Assembly: GCF_000008565.1 (NCBI RefSeq)
Contig: NC_001263.1
Location: forward strand, 1,427,607 to 1,453,293
Origin: Deinococcus radiodurans R1 = ATCC 13939 = DSM 20539
GTDB taxonomy: Bacteria; Deinococcota; Deinococci; Deinococcales; Deinococcaceae
Direction: 5' to 3'
DNA length: 25,687 nt
The position numbers were made by a program, and so were the translations under genes. A model generated the notes under the pieces. It saw only the letters and a list, made by a program, of their open reading frames with translations. It did no database searches and was not told the origin of the DNA. Position 1 is the stretch's first letter, and each line of letters begins with the position of its first letter. Of this stretch, positions 9,595 to 21,183 are shown piece by piece.

Positions 9595-10994
9595 GCGCGC
9601 CGCCGGCCCCGCCACCCGACCGCTCTGCACCGCCGGACCGGACCGACTCTGCCCAAACCGAGCCCACCCGGCCCCTCGTCCGCCGGGCCCGCCGCGCGCG
9701 GATGTGGCTGGAGCCGGGGCTGGGGGTCAAACGCTGGATTTTCCTTTTCGTCGTCTGCACGTTCGTGGGCGCGGTGGCCTTTTTGCATTTCACCTGGACC
9801 GGGCCGCTGCACCCGCTGGCGACCAAGTGGATTTTGTGGCTCAACCAATTCGCCGAGCCGGGGGTGTTCCCGCTCTACGCCGTCGGGATGGTGGTGATGG
9901 CGCTGGCACTGGCGGGCGCCCTGTACTCGATTACCATGATCAGCCGGGCCATGCTGCGCGGCACCGGCACCGCGCCCGAAACGGCGGTGAACGTGCTCTA
10001 CGAGCGCAAAACGCTTTCGCGGGGGATGCGGGTGGTCACGGTGGGCGGCGGCACCGGGCTGTCCAACCTGCTGACCGGCCTCAAGACCCACAGCAGCAAC
10101 ATCACGGCGGTGGTCACGGTGGCCGACGACGGCGGCTCGTCGGGGCGGCTGCGCGAGGCGCTCGACATGGTGGCGCCCGGCGACCTCACCGACTGCTACG
10201 CGGCGCTCTCCGAGAGCCCGGCGCTCGCCCGGCTGCTGCTGCACCGTTTCGGGCGCGGGGAGGGGCTGGAGGGGCACACCTTCGGCAACCTGTTGCTGGC
10301 GACCCTCAGCGAGGAGCGCGGCGGCCTGGGCACCGCCATGCAGGACATCCACGAGATTCTCAAGGTGCGCGGGCGGGTCTACCCGGCGACCACCCGCCCA
10401 GTCACGCTGGTGGCCGAACTCGCCGACGGGCGCACCATTCGCGGGGAGAGTCGTTTTGCCGAGCAGATTCGGCCCTCGCGCATCGAGCGGGTGCGGCTGG
10501 AGCCCGAGAACCCATCGGCGCTCACGCAGGTGCTCGAAGCGGTGCGCGACGCCGAAATGATCGTGCTGGGGCCGGGCAGCCTCTTCACGTCCATCATCCC
10601 TGCTCTGCTCATTCCCGACATCGCCCGCGCCGTGCGCGAGTCCCCGGCGCCTGTCGTCTACGTCGCCTCGCTGATGACCGAGCCCGGCGAAACCGACGGC
10701 CTGAGCCTGAGCGACCACGTGAACGCCATCACCCGTCACCTGGGCCGCACGCCCGACTGGGTGCTGCTGAGCAACAGCAAGATCGAGCCTGCCGTGCAGC
10801 GCCGCTACCAGCAGGAAGGCGCAACCGTGCTGACCCTGGACGGCGCCGGACGCGACCTGCGGGGCCGTGTCCGCTTTGCCCCCCTCATTCAGGCCGGCAC
10901 CGCCCGCCACGACCCCCAGAAACTGGCCGCCGCCCTGATGCAACTGTGGGACGGCCCGCCCCGCCGCTTTAGCCTGCCGGGACAGCGGGACTGA
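9591..10994 (+). CDS. yvcK: YvcK/CofD-like (gluconeogenesis factor family) protein with N-terminal membrane-anchor extension
   Basis: The core has [34 protein letters not shown] and [14 protein letters not shown]. The GTG start overlaps the rapZ stop (GTGA, 9591-9594); ATG 9702 is an alternative start. Residues ~40-125 contain two hydrophobic helices ([19 protein letters not shown]; [26 protein letters not shown]). GC3 is high throughout the extension. Confidence 0.85.
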   Translation: MSAPPAPPPDRSAPPDRTDSAQTEPTRPLVRRARRARMWLEPGLGVKRWIFLFVVCTFVGAVAFLHFTWTGPLHPLATKWILWLNQFAEPGVFPLYAVGMVVMALALAGALYSITMISRAMLRGTGTAPETAVNVLYERKTLSRGMRVVTVGGGTGLSNLLTGLKTHSSNITAVVTVADDGGSSGRLREALDMVAPGDLTDCYAALSESPALARLLLHRFGRGEGLEGHTFGNLLLATLSEERGGLGTAMQDIHEILKVRGRVYPATTRPVTLVAELADGRTIRGESRFAEQIRPSRIERVRLEPENPSALTQVLEAVRDAEMIVLGPGSLFTSIIPALLIPDIARAVRESPAPVVYVASLMTEPGETDGLSLSDHVNAITRHLGRTPDWVLLSNSKIEPAVQRRYQQEGATVLTLDGAGRDLRGRVRFAPLIQAGTARHDPQKLAAALMQLWDGPPRRFSLPGQRD

Positions 10995-11004
10995 CCCGGC
11001 GCGT

Positions 11005-11040
11005 CGGTCATCACTAAATAAAAAACCATGCCGGAACACG
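11005..11040 (-). terminator. rho-independent terminator of the sugar ABC operon
   Basis: The minus strand reads CCATGTCGGA-cgtgt-TCCGGCATGG followed by TTTTTTATTT (plus-strand A-run 11006-11015). It lies directly downstream of the permease stop at 11071. Confidence 0.65.
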
Positions 11041-11070
11041 TCCGACATGGCGAGCAAAAAAACTCGGGGT

Positions 11071-11922
11071 TTAGCCCTTGACCGCCCCCGCCGTCAGGCC
11101 GCTCACGATGTTGCGCTGGAACACCAGCACCAGCAGCAGCAGCGGCACCGTTACGATGACGCTGGCGGCCATCGTCAGGCCGAAGGGAGTTTCGTACTGC
11201 GTGGCGCCCGAGAAGTTGGCGATGGCGACGGGCACCGTGCTCGCCGCGTTGTCGGAGGTAAACGTCAGCGCGAACAGGTACTCGTTCCAGGCGTTGATGA
11301 AGGCGAGCAGACCAGTCGTGACCAGCGCCGGGGTCATCACCGGGAGCAGCACCTGAAAGAGCGTCTGCATCGGCGTGGCGCCGTCCACGTAGGCGGCTTC
11401 CTCCAGCTCGGTGGGAATCTCGCGCACGAAGCTGGTCAGCGTCCAGACGGTAAAAGGCAGCGTAAAGATCATGTAGCTCAGGATCAGGCCCCACCAGGTA
11501 TTGTAGAGGCCAAAGCCCTTGACCATGGTGTAGAGGCCCGAAAGCACCGCGATCTGTGGAAACACGCTGACCGCCAGGATGATGTACATCAGCACCGACT
11601 TGCCCTTGAAGCGGAACTTGCCGAGCGCGTAGGCCGCGAGCACCGACAGCAGCAGGCTCAGCAGCACCGTGCCTGTCGCCACGACCACCGAGTTGAGCAG
11701 GTTACGCAGGAAGCCGCCGTTGGTCAGCACTTCGGTAAAGTTTTTCAGGCTGGGATGGGTGGGCCACCAGAGCAGCGCCTCACGCGACAGCTCGCCCGAA
11801 CCCGTCAGGCTGGTCTTGATCGCCCAGTAGAAGGGAAAGAGCACATAGAACAGTACGGTGGCGACGACCACCCAGAACACGCCCCAGGAGAGGGCACGGA
11901 CCGCAGGACTCTTGGAATTCAT
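11071..11922 (-). CDS. carbohydrate ABC transporter permease (MalG-like)
   Basis: Six-TM profile. EAA loop: [38 protein letters not shown] lies in the 9-nt gap after the upstream permease. Confidence 0.9.
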   Translation of the reverse strand: MNSKSPAVRALSWGVFWVVVATVLFYVLFPFYWAIKTSLTGSGELSREALLWWPTHPSLKNFTEVLTNGGFLRNLLNSVVVATGTVLLSLLLSVLAAYALGKFRFKGKSVLMYIILAVSVFPQIAVLSGLYTMVKGFGLYNTWWGLILSYMIFTLPFTVWTLTSFVREIPTELEEAAYVDGATPMQTLFQVLLPVMTPALVTTGLLAFINAWNEYLFALTFTSDNAASTVPVAIANFSGATQYETPFGLTMAASVIVTVPLLLLVLVFQRNIVSGLTAGAVKG

Positions 11923-11931
11923 GGCACCCCC

Positions 11932-12909
<978 letters not shown>

Positions 12910-12941
12910 GAACAAACCTCTGGGAGTCAGGCTGAGGCGCG

Positions 12942-12981
12942 AAAAAAGCGCCCACCGCCGCGTGGGGGCCGGGGTGGGCGC
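12942..12981 (-). terminator. intra-operon terminator/attenuator between the binding-protein and permease genes
   Basis: The minus strand reads GCGCCCACC-(16-nt loop)-GGTGGGCGC, a 9-bp perfect stem (12973-12981 / 12948-12956), followed by TTTTTT (plus-strand A-run 12942-12947). Confidence 0.65.
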
Positions 12982-13026
12982 TCAGGGGAGCGGGCGCAGG
13001 TCAGGGGCCTGGCGCCGCCGCCGGAA

Positions 13027-14289
13027 TTACCAGCCGCGGCCCTTGATGCGGGCGAGCTGGCCTTCCAGGGTCTTGAGGGCGGGGCCAGGGGCGCTCTTTT
13101 TCGTCAGCACGCTGTAGACGGCGCTGGAGAAGGCGTCACTCACCTGGTTGTACTTGCTGCCGGTCACGGTGGCGGGGCGGGCGACCGCATTGGTGAACAC
13201 GTCGTAGAGGCTACCGAAGAAGGGCACGGCCTTGAGCACGTCCTTGTCCTTGTAGAGCGTGGCGATGGTGGGGTTGTAGCTCGCCTGCACCGCGCGGCGC
13301 TTTTGCTCCTGCGCGCCGGTCAGGTAACGCACGAGGTCGGCGGCTTCCTTCGGGTTCTTGGAGTAGGCGTTGACCGCGAGCTGCCAGCCGCCGAGCGTCG
13401 CCGCGGGCTTGCCCCCGGGGCCAGCGGGCAGCGCCGCCACGCCGATTTTCCCAGCAATCGGGCTGCCCTCCTTTTGACCCGCCGCGTAGGCGTAGGGCCA
13501 GTTGCGCATGAAGGCCGAGTTGCCCGCCTGCCACACGTTGCGGGCTTCTTCCTCGCCATAGGTGGTCACGGCGGCGGGAGCGGCGGTGCCGATCAGGCCC
13601 TGAATCGCCTGAAGCGCCTGCACGGCCTTGGGGTTGTTGACGGTGATTTTGCCGCTGGGGTCCACGATGGAGCCGCCGCCGAAGGAGCTGATCCATTCGA
13701 GCGCGTCACAGGTCAGGCCCTCGTAGTTCTTGCCCTGGAAGACGTAGCCCACGAACTTGGGGTTGCTCTTGCGCTCGCCCGCCTGGATTTTCTGGGCCAT
13801 GGTCGCCAGCTCGTTCCAGGTCTTGGGGGGCGCATTATAACCGTACTTTTTCAGCAGGTCGGTGCGGTAGTACAGCACGCCCGCGTCGGTAAACCAGGGC
13901 ATGGCGATCAGCTTGCCGCCCACGGTGTTGTTCTGCACGATGGCCGGGAAGTGCGCTTTGACCTCGGCGGCGGGAATGGACTTGCTCAGGTCCATCAGGT
14001 GCTGACCGATCAGGCCGGGCCACACCACATCGATCATGTACACGTCCACGTCGGACGCCTTGGCGCCGAGCTGCTGCTGGTACAAGGCCAGGCGGGCGTC
14101 CGATTCCTTGGGCACCTGAACGAGCTTGACGGTGTTGCCCGTCTTTTTGGCCCAGGCGTCGGCGCCTTTTTTGCACTCGTCGAAGCCCTGCCCCACCGAG
14201 TCGCAGGCGAAGGTCAGGGTGACGGCGTGGGCCTGTGAAGCGGCAGCGAAGGCGACAGTCAATCCGAGAACGGCAGCAAACTTTTTCAT
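13027..14289 (-). CDS. extracellular solute-binding protein, trehalose/maltose-binding (TMBP)-like
   Basis: AAGGAG RBS upstream. Sec signal peptide [22 protein letters not shown]. The family-1 SBP pattern resembles TMBP-type proteins ([49 protein letters not shown]). Confidence 0.88.
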   Translation of the reverse strand: MKKFAAVLGLTVAFAAASQAHAVTLTFACDSVGQGFDECKKGADAWAKKTGNTVKLVQVPKESDARLALYQQQLGAKASDVDVYMIDVVWPGLIGQHLMDLSKSIPAAEVKAHFPAIVQNNTVGGKLIAMPWFTDAGVLYYRTDLLKKYGYNAPPKTWNELATMAQKIQAGERKSNPKFVGYVFQGKNYEGLTCDALEWISSFGGGSIVDPSGKITVNNPKAVQALQAIQGLIGTAAPAAVTTYGEEEARNVWQAGNSAFMRNWPYAYAAGQKEGSPIAGKIGVAALPAGPGGKPAATLGGWQLAVNAYSKNPKEAADLVRYLTGAQEQKRRAVQASYNPTIATLYKDKDVLKAVPFFGSLYDVFTNAVARPATVTGSKYNQVSDAFSSAVYSVLTKKSAPGPALKTLEGQLARIKGRGW

Positions 14290-14461
14290 CTTTCTCCTTG
14301 AGGGCAGCGCCGAATCAGCCGCACACCAGCAAGCGGAAGCGGTTCCAACCCAATAAAAAATCTGTGATGGCCGCAGGCTACACCTCCCCGCACGGGGGTG
14401 TCAATTCTCCGTCAGCGCGAAAAGCAGCGTCCAGTACGGGAAATTATCGTCAACAGCGTGT

Positions 14462-14475
14462 CTGAAACGTTTCAG
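14462..14475. promoter_or_regulatory. perfect 14-bp palindrome, LacI-family-operator-like
   Basis: CTGAAACGTTTCAG is its own reverse complement with a central CG. It lies ~175 nt upstream of the binding-protein start, next to TTGACG/GATAAT-like promoter elements on the minus strand. Confidence 0.4.
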
Positions 14476-14553
14476 TTTGCCCAGCCCAAGAGGACGCAAA
14501 ACATGTGGAGTGTCAACTTCTCATGTAGGCGGGAGTGAGCAGCCCAAGCAGAA

Positions 14554-14597
14554 CAATAAAAAACCCAGGGCGCCCGCTGTCTCGCAGATGCCCTGGC
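14554..14597 (-). terminator. rho-independent terminator after the haem-binding protein gene
   Basis: The minus strand reads CCAGGGC-(18-nt loop)-GCCCTGG followed by GTTTTTTATTG (plus-strand A-run 14556-14563). Confidence 0.65.
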
Positions 14598-14613
14598 CCA
14601 AAGCAGCCTTCAC

Positions 14614-15141
14614 TCAGTCGTGGTCGCCGTCTCCCCCACCCTGTTCGCCGCCTTTCTCGCCTCCGCCTTCGCCGCCGAAGGTCGCGGCGAGACCCCGCAC
14701 GAGCTGGTCACGCTCGGCGGCGGTCAGCCGGGCTTCGGGGTGCATGGGCAAGTAAGTTTTTTCGGGCATCTTGCCCTTGCGGACCTGATCGGCGGCCTCG
14801 TCGGCTTCGCGGCCAAAGCCGGGCACGTTCACGTTGAACTTGCTGCGGCCCTCATCCACATGGTTTTGGACCAGCCAGGATACCGGGGCGACGTTGGAGT
14901 ACCAGGGCCAGGTCGTGCGGTTGGAGTGGCAGTCGGCGCAGGCGCGGTCGAACAGGGCCTTGGTTTGCGGGCTGTCCCACTGCGGCTCAGCCTGCACGGG
15001 CGGGTTGGCGTGGGCGCGGCCATACGGCACGAGCTGCGCGAGTACGAAGAGGCCGATGAGGCCCGTCAGCAGCCGCACGAACAGGTGGCGGGGTGCGGGG
15101 CGGCGGGTCACGGTGGTCGTTTCGGTCGTTTGTCGGGTCAT
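14614..15141 (-). CDS. membrane-anchored haem-binding-domain (CXXCH) protein
   Basis: AGGAG RBS upstream. An N-terminal TM helix is present (LFVRLLTGLIGLFVLAQLV). CADCHSNRTTWPWYSNVAPVSWLVQNHVDEGRSKFN matches the Haem_bd-type domain pattern, with KGKMPEKTYLPMHPEARLT downstream. The C-terminal tail is Gly/Glu/Asp-rich (GGEGGGEKGGEQGGGDGDHD). Confidence 0.8.
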   Translation of the reverse strand: MTRQTTETTTVTRRPAPRHLFVRLLTGLIGLFVLAQLVPYGRAHANPPVQAEPQWDSPQTKALFDRACADCHSNRTTWPWYSNVAPVSWLVQNHVDEGRSKFNVNVPGFGREADEAADQVRKGKMPEKTYLPMHPEARLTAAERDQLVRGLAATFGGEGGGEKGGEQGGGDGDHD

Positions 15142-15168
15142 CTTGGTCTCCTAGGCGAAAAGTGTGGA

Positions 15169-17096
15169 TTACAGCCGGTGGCGCAGCAGGCGCAGGCCCA
15201 TGAACACCACGAACACCGTGCCGCCCTCGTGGGCGACGACGCCGAGCGGCAGCGGCACCCGGCCCATGATGGCGAGCGGCGCGACGATCAGAATGATGCC
15301 GAAGGCGAACAGCAGGTTGAAGCGCCCGGTACGGTTGGCGTCCTTGGCGAGGCGCACGGCTCCGGCGAGCTTGCTCATGTCGTTTTGCATCAGCACCACG
15401 TCGGCGGACTCGATCGCCACGTCGGTGCCGCTCGCCACCGCCACGCCGAGGTCGGCGCGGGCGAGGGCCGGGGCGTCGTTCACGCCGTCGCCCACCATCG
15501 CCACCGGGCCGGGCAGCTCGCCGATGATGCGGACTTGTCTTCGGGCAGCAGTTCGGCGCGGTACTCGGTGAGGCCGACTTCCTTCGCCACCGTTTCGGCG
15601 ACTTCCTTTTTGTCGCCGGTCAGCATGACGGGGTGCGCCACGCCCGCCGCCCGGATTTCCCGCATGGCCTCGCTGATGCCGGGGCGCAGCGCGTCGGCCA
15701 CGCCCATGACGCCGACCACGCGCGGCCCGACGCCGACGATGACGGTGCTGCTGCCCTCGCGGCTGAGGGTGTCGAGCGCTTGCTGCTGCGCGGGGGTCAG
15801 GGCGGCCTTCTCCCGCTCTGCGAGACGCAGGTTGCCGGCCCAGGCGAGGTCGCCGCTGCTCAGGCGGGCCTCGATGCCGTGACCGGGAATCGCCTGTGCG
15901 TCCTGCACCGCCACCGCCCGCACGCCCTGCGCCTGCGCCGCCTGCACGATGGCCTGGGCAATCGGGTGTTCGCTGTGGGCTTCCAGTCCGGCGGCCAGGG
16001 CGAGAGCTTCGCGCTCGTTGTCGGCGTAGGTGTGGCTCAGCGTCATCTTGGCCTGCGTCAGCGTGCCGGTCTTGTCGAAGGCGATGGTGTTGACGTTCGC
16101 CAGAGCGTCCAGCGCCGCGCTGCTCTTGAACAGCACCCCGGCGCGGGCGGCGGCGGCCATCGCGCTGAGCATCACGGCGGGGGTCGAAATCACGACGGCG
16201 CAGGGCGAGGCCACTACCATAAAGGTCATGGCGCGGTACCACGACTGGTCCACGTTCAGCCCAGCGAGGTAGTGCAGCCCGGCGTACACCAGCGGCACCG
16301 AAATCAGGACCAGCGTAGCGTAGGGGCTTTCCCAGCGCTCGCTGAGCGTCTCGGTGCGGCTTTTTTGGGTCTGGGCGTCTTCCATCAGCGCGACCAGCCG
16401 TGCCAGGGTGGAGTCGCCCGCCGGACGCACGACCTCAGCCTCCACGCTGCCGTTGAGGTTGACCGTGCCCGAGGCGAGTTCGGCGCCGGGGGCCTTGTCA
16501 ATCGGGCGGCTTTCCCCCGTGATGGGCGACTCGTCCACCGAGGTGTTGCCGCGCACCACGCGGGCGTCGGCGGCGACGCGCTCGCCGGGCTTGATCACCA
16601 GCAGATCGCCGATCTGGATTTCCCCGAGCTGGCACCACTTCTCCACGCCGTTGCGGCGCACGGTGGCCCCTTCCGGGTTGAGGTCCATCAGCGCCTCGAT
16701 CGCCCGCTTGGTGCGGCCCATCGCCCAGTCTTGCAGGGTATTGGAGAGGCTGAAGAGAAACAGCAAAATTGCGCCGTCGGCGGCCTGCCCGATGGTGGCG
16801 GCGCCGAGCGCGGCGAGGACCATCAGCAGGTCCACGTCGAGTTTCTTTTCGACGAACAGGCTGTGCAGGGCTTCGCGCCCCGCCGGAATGCCGCCCGCGA
16901 GGTAAGCGAGGCCGAAGCCGATCCACATCACGGCGTCGTTGCCCATCACTTTTTCGCCGATCAAGCCGACGATCAGGCCGAGCAGGGTCAGAAAGGTAAA
17001 CAGCACGGCCAAGCGCAGGTCAGGCGGAATCACGAATTTCTTGCTGCCGGGCGCCTCGGCGTGGGCCTGGGCCACGGTGGGGTTGGAAACGGTCAT
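15169..17096 (-). pseudogene. P1B-4-type heavy-metal (Co/Fe/Zn-class) P-type ATPase, interrupted by a 1-nt frameshift near 15534
   Basis: Two overlapping ORFs (17096-15480 and 16242-15169) join at ..AELLPEDK | [24 protein letters not shown]. Restoring one nt gives 642 aa. Motifs: TGES, SPC in the transmembrane metal site ([12 protein letters not shown]), DKTGTLT, GDGVNDAPAL and HEGGT in the last helix. There is no N-terminal CxxC metal-binding domain. Confidence 0.9.
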
Positions 17097-17124
17097 GGGG
17101 ACTCCTTGCAGGAAAAGGGCTTAA

Positions 17125-17139
17125 TGGGAATAATTCTCA
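17125..17139. promoter_or_regulatory. 7-1-7 inverted repeat, Fur-family-box-like
   Basis: TGGGAAT-A-ATTCTCA has arms complementary at 6 of 7 positions and matches TGATAATnATTATCA at 11 of 14 positions. It sits between the predicted -10 and the RBS of the ATPase gene, in a local AT-rich patch. Confidence 0.3.
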
Positions 17140-17147
17140 GTAAGCAG

Positions 17148-17176
17148 ATTTTACCCTGTGGGGGGGCCAAACTCAA
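17148..17176 (-). promoter_or_regulatory. sigma-70-type promoter for the ATPase/haem-protein operon
   Basis: The minus strand reads TTGAGT (17176-17171), a 17-nt spacer, then TAAAAT (17153-17148). AAGGAG precedes ATG 17096. Confidence 0.45.
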
Positions 17177-17270
17177 CGGAGAAAGCCGGGCGGAGAGGTC
17201 GGGAATAGGCCGGGCGACAGCGGGGGCAGCGCCGCAACCTTGCCGCCCCGCGCCGCGTACTGCCTGTGCA

Positions 17271-17771
17271 ATGAGTCTTCCCTTTCTGGTGTTTCTGGTC
17301 GCGTGGCTCGTCGGCATGGTCTGCACCTTCATTCCGGCGGTGCCCGCTACACTCATCATCTTTCTGGGAAGCGTGGCCGCCGCGCTGCTCGACGGCTTTC
17401 AGGCCGGGCGCGACCTGCCGTTTTTGCTGGTGTTCGGCGTGGTGACGCTGTTCATCATGAGCATCGACAACGTGGCCTCCGCCTGGGGCGCCCGCAAGTA
17501 CGGCGGCGGCAAGGAGGCGATGTGGGGCGCCCTGATCGGCGGGCTGCTCGGCATTTTCATTCCGCTCGGCCTGATCGTGGGGCCGCTCGCCGGGGCACTG
17601 GTCGCCGAACTCGTGTTTGCCCACAAGGCCCCTTATGAAGCGCTGCGCTCGGCGTGGGGCACGCTGGTGGGGCTGCTGGCGGGCATCGCGGCGAAGGTGG
17701 TGCTGCACCTCATCATCGGCATCTACGAACTGTGGCGGATGTGGGACCCGGCGCAGAGCATCTTCGGGTGA
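17271..17771 (+). CDS. DUF456-family membrane protein
   Basis: This is the last third of a long shadow ORF (15633-17771). The real start is ATG 17271 ([15 protein letters not shown]..). The family-like pattern is [44 protein letters not shown]. Four to five TM helices. Confidence 0.8.
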   Translation: MSLPFLVFLVAWLVGMVCTFIPAVPATLIIFLGSVAAALLDGFQAGRDLPFLLVFGVVTLFIMSIDNVASAWGARKYGGGKEAMWGALIGGLLGIFIPLGLIVGPLAGALVAELVFAHKAPYEALRSAWGTLVGLLAGIAAKVVLHLIIGIYELWRMWDPAQSIFG

Positions 17772-17845
17772 CGTTTACTGTTTGGCCCCGCCTATCGTGA
17801 CCGCTGTCAGAGCGGGGTCAGCCGCGCCCCTCTACCCTCAGGAGC

Positions 17846-18667
17846 GTGAAACCCGCACCCTTCGCCCTGGCGCTGAGCCTGGGCTGCCTGCTCAGCGCCT
17901 TTGCTCCCGCTGCCGCCCCAGCGCATTCCGATCAACTCAACAAGGCGGTGCAGGCCGCGCTCGGCAAGTGCGGGGTCAGCCCCAAACTCAGCGGCGATCT
18001 AAGCGAGGCCGCCGCCGACCTGATGGCCGCCTACGACCTGGAGCAGGCCCTGCCGCGCCACAGTTACCGGGCCTACCGGGCGCAGGGCTGGACGAGCACC
18101 TACCACGGCGACCTCACCTGGGTGCGCCGGACGCTGGGCGAGCAGTGCGGCAAGTGGCAGGGTTATACGCAGTACGGCCTCGCCACCGACGGCGAGCGCA
18201 TGGGCCTGATTCTGGGCACGCCCGCGCGGGTGGACCTCACGCAGTCGCGGCGCTGGCTGAATGATTTTCTGGCCGCCACCAACAAGGCCCGCGCCCAGGG
18301 CCAGAAATGCGGCGGCAAACTGATGAACGCCGTCGGGCCGCTGAAATGGGACACCCGGCTCGAAGCGGCGGCGGCCAAGCACGCGACTGACATGGTGAAG
18401 CTGGATTTCCGGGGCCACACCAACCCCAAGGACGGCAGCGGCCCCCTGCAACGGGCGAGCGGCTACGGCTTTCGCGGCAGCGTGGGCGAGAATATCCAGT
18501 ACGGCTCGATTACCGCCGGGGAAGCCGTCAAGAACCTGCTGACCAGCCCCGGCCACTGCGAGAACCTGATGCGCCCGGAGTGGAAACTGTTCGGCGCGGC
18601 GGTGAACAACGGCACGACCAAGACGCTCTTTGCGACGTACTGGGTGCAGGTGTTTGGAGCGGAGTAA
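17846..18667 (+). CDS. secreted CAP/SCP (YkwD-like) domain protein
   Basis: AGGAG precedes GTG 17846. Signal peptide MKPAPFALALSLGCLLSAFAPAAA. The C-terminal SCP pattern is LKWDTRLEAAAAKHATDM...GHTNPKDGS..QRASGYGF..GENIQYG...LLTSPGHCENLM. Confidence 0.8.
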   Translation: MKPAPFALALSLGCLLSAFAPAAAPAHSDQLNKAVQAALGKCGVSPKLSGDLSEAAADLMAAYDLEQALPRHSYRAYRAQGWTSTYHGDLTWVRRTLGEQCGKWQGYTQYGLATDGERMGLILGTPARVDLTQSRRWLNDFLAATNKARAQGQKCGGKLMNAVGPLKWDTRLEAAAAKHATDMVKLDFRGHTNPKDGSGPLQRASGYGFRGSVGENIQYGSITAGEAVKNLLTSPGHCENLMRPEWKLFGAAVNNGTTKTLFATYWVQVFGAE

Positions 18668-18738
18668 GGAGCAGGCAACCCAAGTCCAACTGTGTCTCCT
18701 TTGCCCCGCCCTGACACGGCATCTGCCAGAGTGGGGCC

Positions 18739-19896
<1,158 letters not shown>

Positions 19897-19962
19897 GCGG
19901 CGGCAGTCCCCGCGCCCGACTGCGTAGACCGCTGACGCTCAGCACGCAAAAGCCCGCTTACA

Positions 19963-21183
19963 ATGCGCCGCGTGAGTGTGTCTGACCCTCTCCCCTTTTC
20001 TGCCCCGCTCGCTGCCGGCGGCGAAGCGCTAAGTACTAGTGCGCTGCCGGCGGGCGTGCGCGACGTGCTGCCCGCCGAGTGGGAACGGCGCGAGCACCTG
20101 CGTTCGCACCTCTCGGCGCTGCTGCGTTCCTGGGGCTACCGGGGCGTAGACCTGCCCGCGCTGGAACTCGCCGACCCGGCGCACCCGCAGGGCAACCACG
20201 CCTTCAAACTCATCGACTCGGGCGGGCAGGTGCTGGCGCTGCGCAGCGAGTACACGACGGCGCTCGGGCGGCTGGTGGGCACCCATTTTCCGTCCGGGCC
20301 CTTTCCCCTGCGGCTGCAATACGGCGGACGGCTGTGGCTGCGCACCCAGACCAGCGAGCTGGGACGCCTGCGCGAGTTCAATCAGGTGGGCGCCGAGCTG
20401 ATCGGCGTGACCGGCGTGCAGGCTGATGCCGAGCTGCTCGCCCTCGCCCACGCCGCGCTGGGGCAGGCGGGCGTGCAGGCGCAACTCGAAGTCGGTTTTC
20501 CCGGCTTCGTGGACGCAGCCCTGACCGACGCCGGGCTGCCGGGGCCGGTGCGGGCCGCGTTGCACGACGCGATTGACCGCAAGAGCGGCGCCGACCTCGA
20601 CCTGCTGGCGCGTCAGCATGGGGTGTCGCCGGAAGTGACGCGCACGCTGCACAGCCTGACCGAGCTCTACGGCGGCCCCGAGGTGCTGACCGAGGCGCGG
20701 GTCCTGGCGCGTGGCGTGCGGGCCGAGCAGGCGGTGGAGCACCTCAGCGCCGTACACGCGGCGGCGCAGGAAGCCGGGGTGGAGTTGCTGTTCGACCTCG
20801 GCGTCAGCCGTCGCTACGGGTACTACACCGGCCTGACCTTCCGCGCCTACGTGGACGGCATCAACCAGCCGGTGCTCGGCGGCGGACGCTACGCGCTGCC
20901 GGGGGGCCTGCCGGGCGCGGGCTTTGCCATCGGCCTGGAACGGCTGGCGGCAGTGATGCCCGCCGGAGTCCCGAGCGAACCCGAGACGGTGCTCGCGCTC
21001 GACTTCGCGGCGGCGACGGCGGCGCGGGCGGCGGGCCTAGGCGCCGAACTCGCCTGGACAGGCGACGAGGCCGAGCTGCGGCACTACGCCCAGGCACGCG
21101 GACTGCGGCGCTGGGTGCAGGGGGCCGAGCTGCGGGACGTGACTCCAGCCGACCTCAAGATTGCGACGGAGGTGAACGCATGA
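19963..21183 (+). CDS. hisZ: ATP phosphoribosyltransferase regulatory subunit (HisRS paralogue)
   Basis: [40 protein letters not shown] and [10 protein letters not shown] are class-II HisRS-like motifs, and there is no anticodon-binding domain. The stop overlaps the hisG start (ATGA). The start is ambiguous: ATG 19963 overlaps a TACAAT box, and GTG 19972 or 19978 are alternatives. Confidence 0.85.
   Translation: MRRVSVSDPLPFSAPLAAGGEALSTSALPAGVRDVLPAEWERREHLRSHLSALLRSWGYRGVDLPALELADPAHPQGNHAFKLIDSGGQVLALRSEYTTALGRLVGTHFPSGPFPLRLQYGGRLWLRTQTSELGRLREFNQVGAELIGVTGVQADAELLALAHAALGQAGVQAQLEVGFPGFVDAALTDAGLPGPVRAALHDAIDRKSGADLDLLARQHGVSPEVTRTLHSLTELYGGPEVLTEARVLARGVRAEQAVEHLSAVHAAAQEAGVELLFDLGVSRRYGYYTGLTFRAYVDGINQPVLGGGRYALPGGLPGAGFAIGLERLAAVMPAGVPSEPETVLALDFAAATAARAAGLGAELAWTGDEAELRHYAQARGLRRWVQGAELRDVTPADLKIATEVNA

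Noticed and set aside
10995-11070. The expected whiA gene after rapZ-yvcK, or some other hidden gene in the convergent gap.
   Set aside because: The gap is only 76 nt and is occupied by the ABC-operon terminator. No ORF is present.
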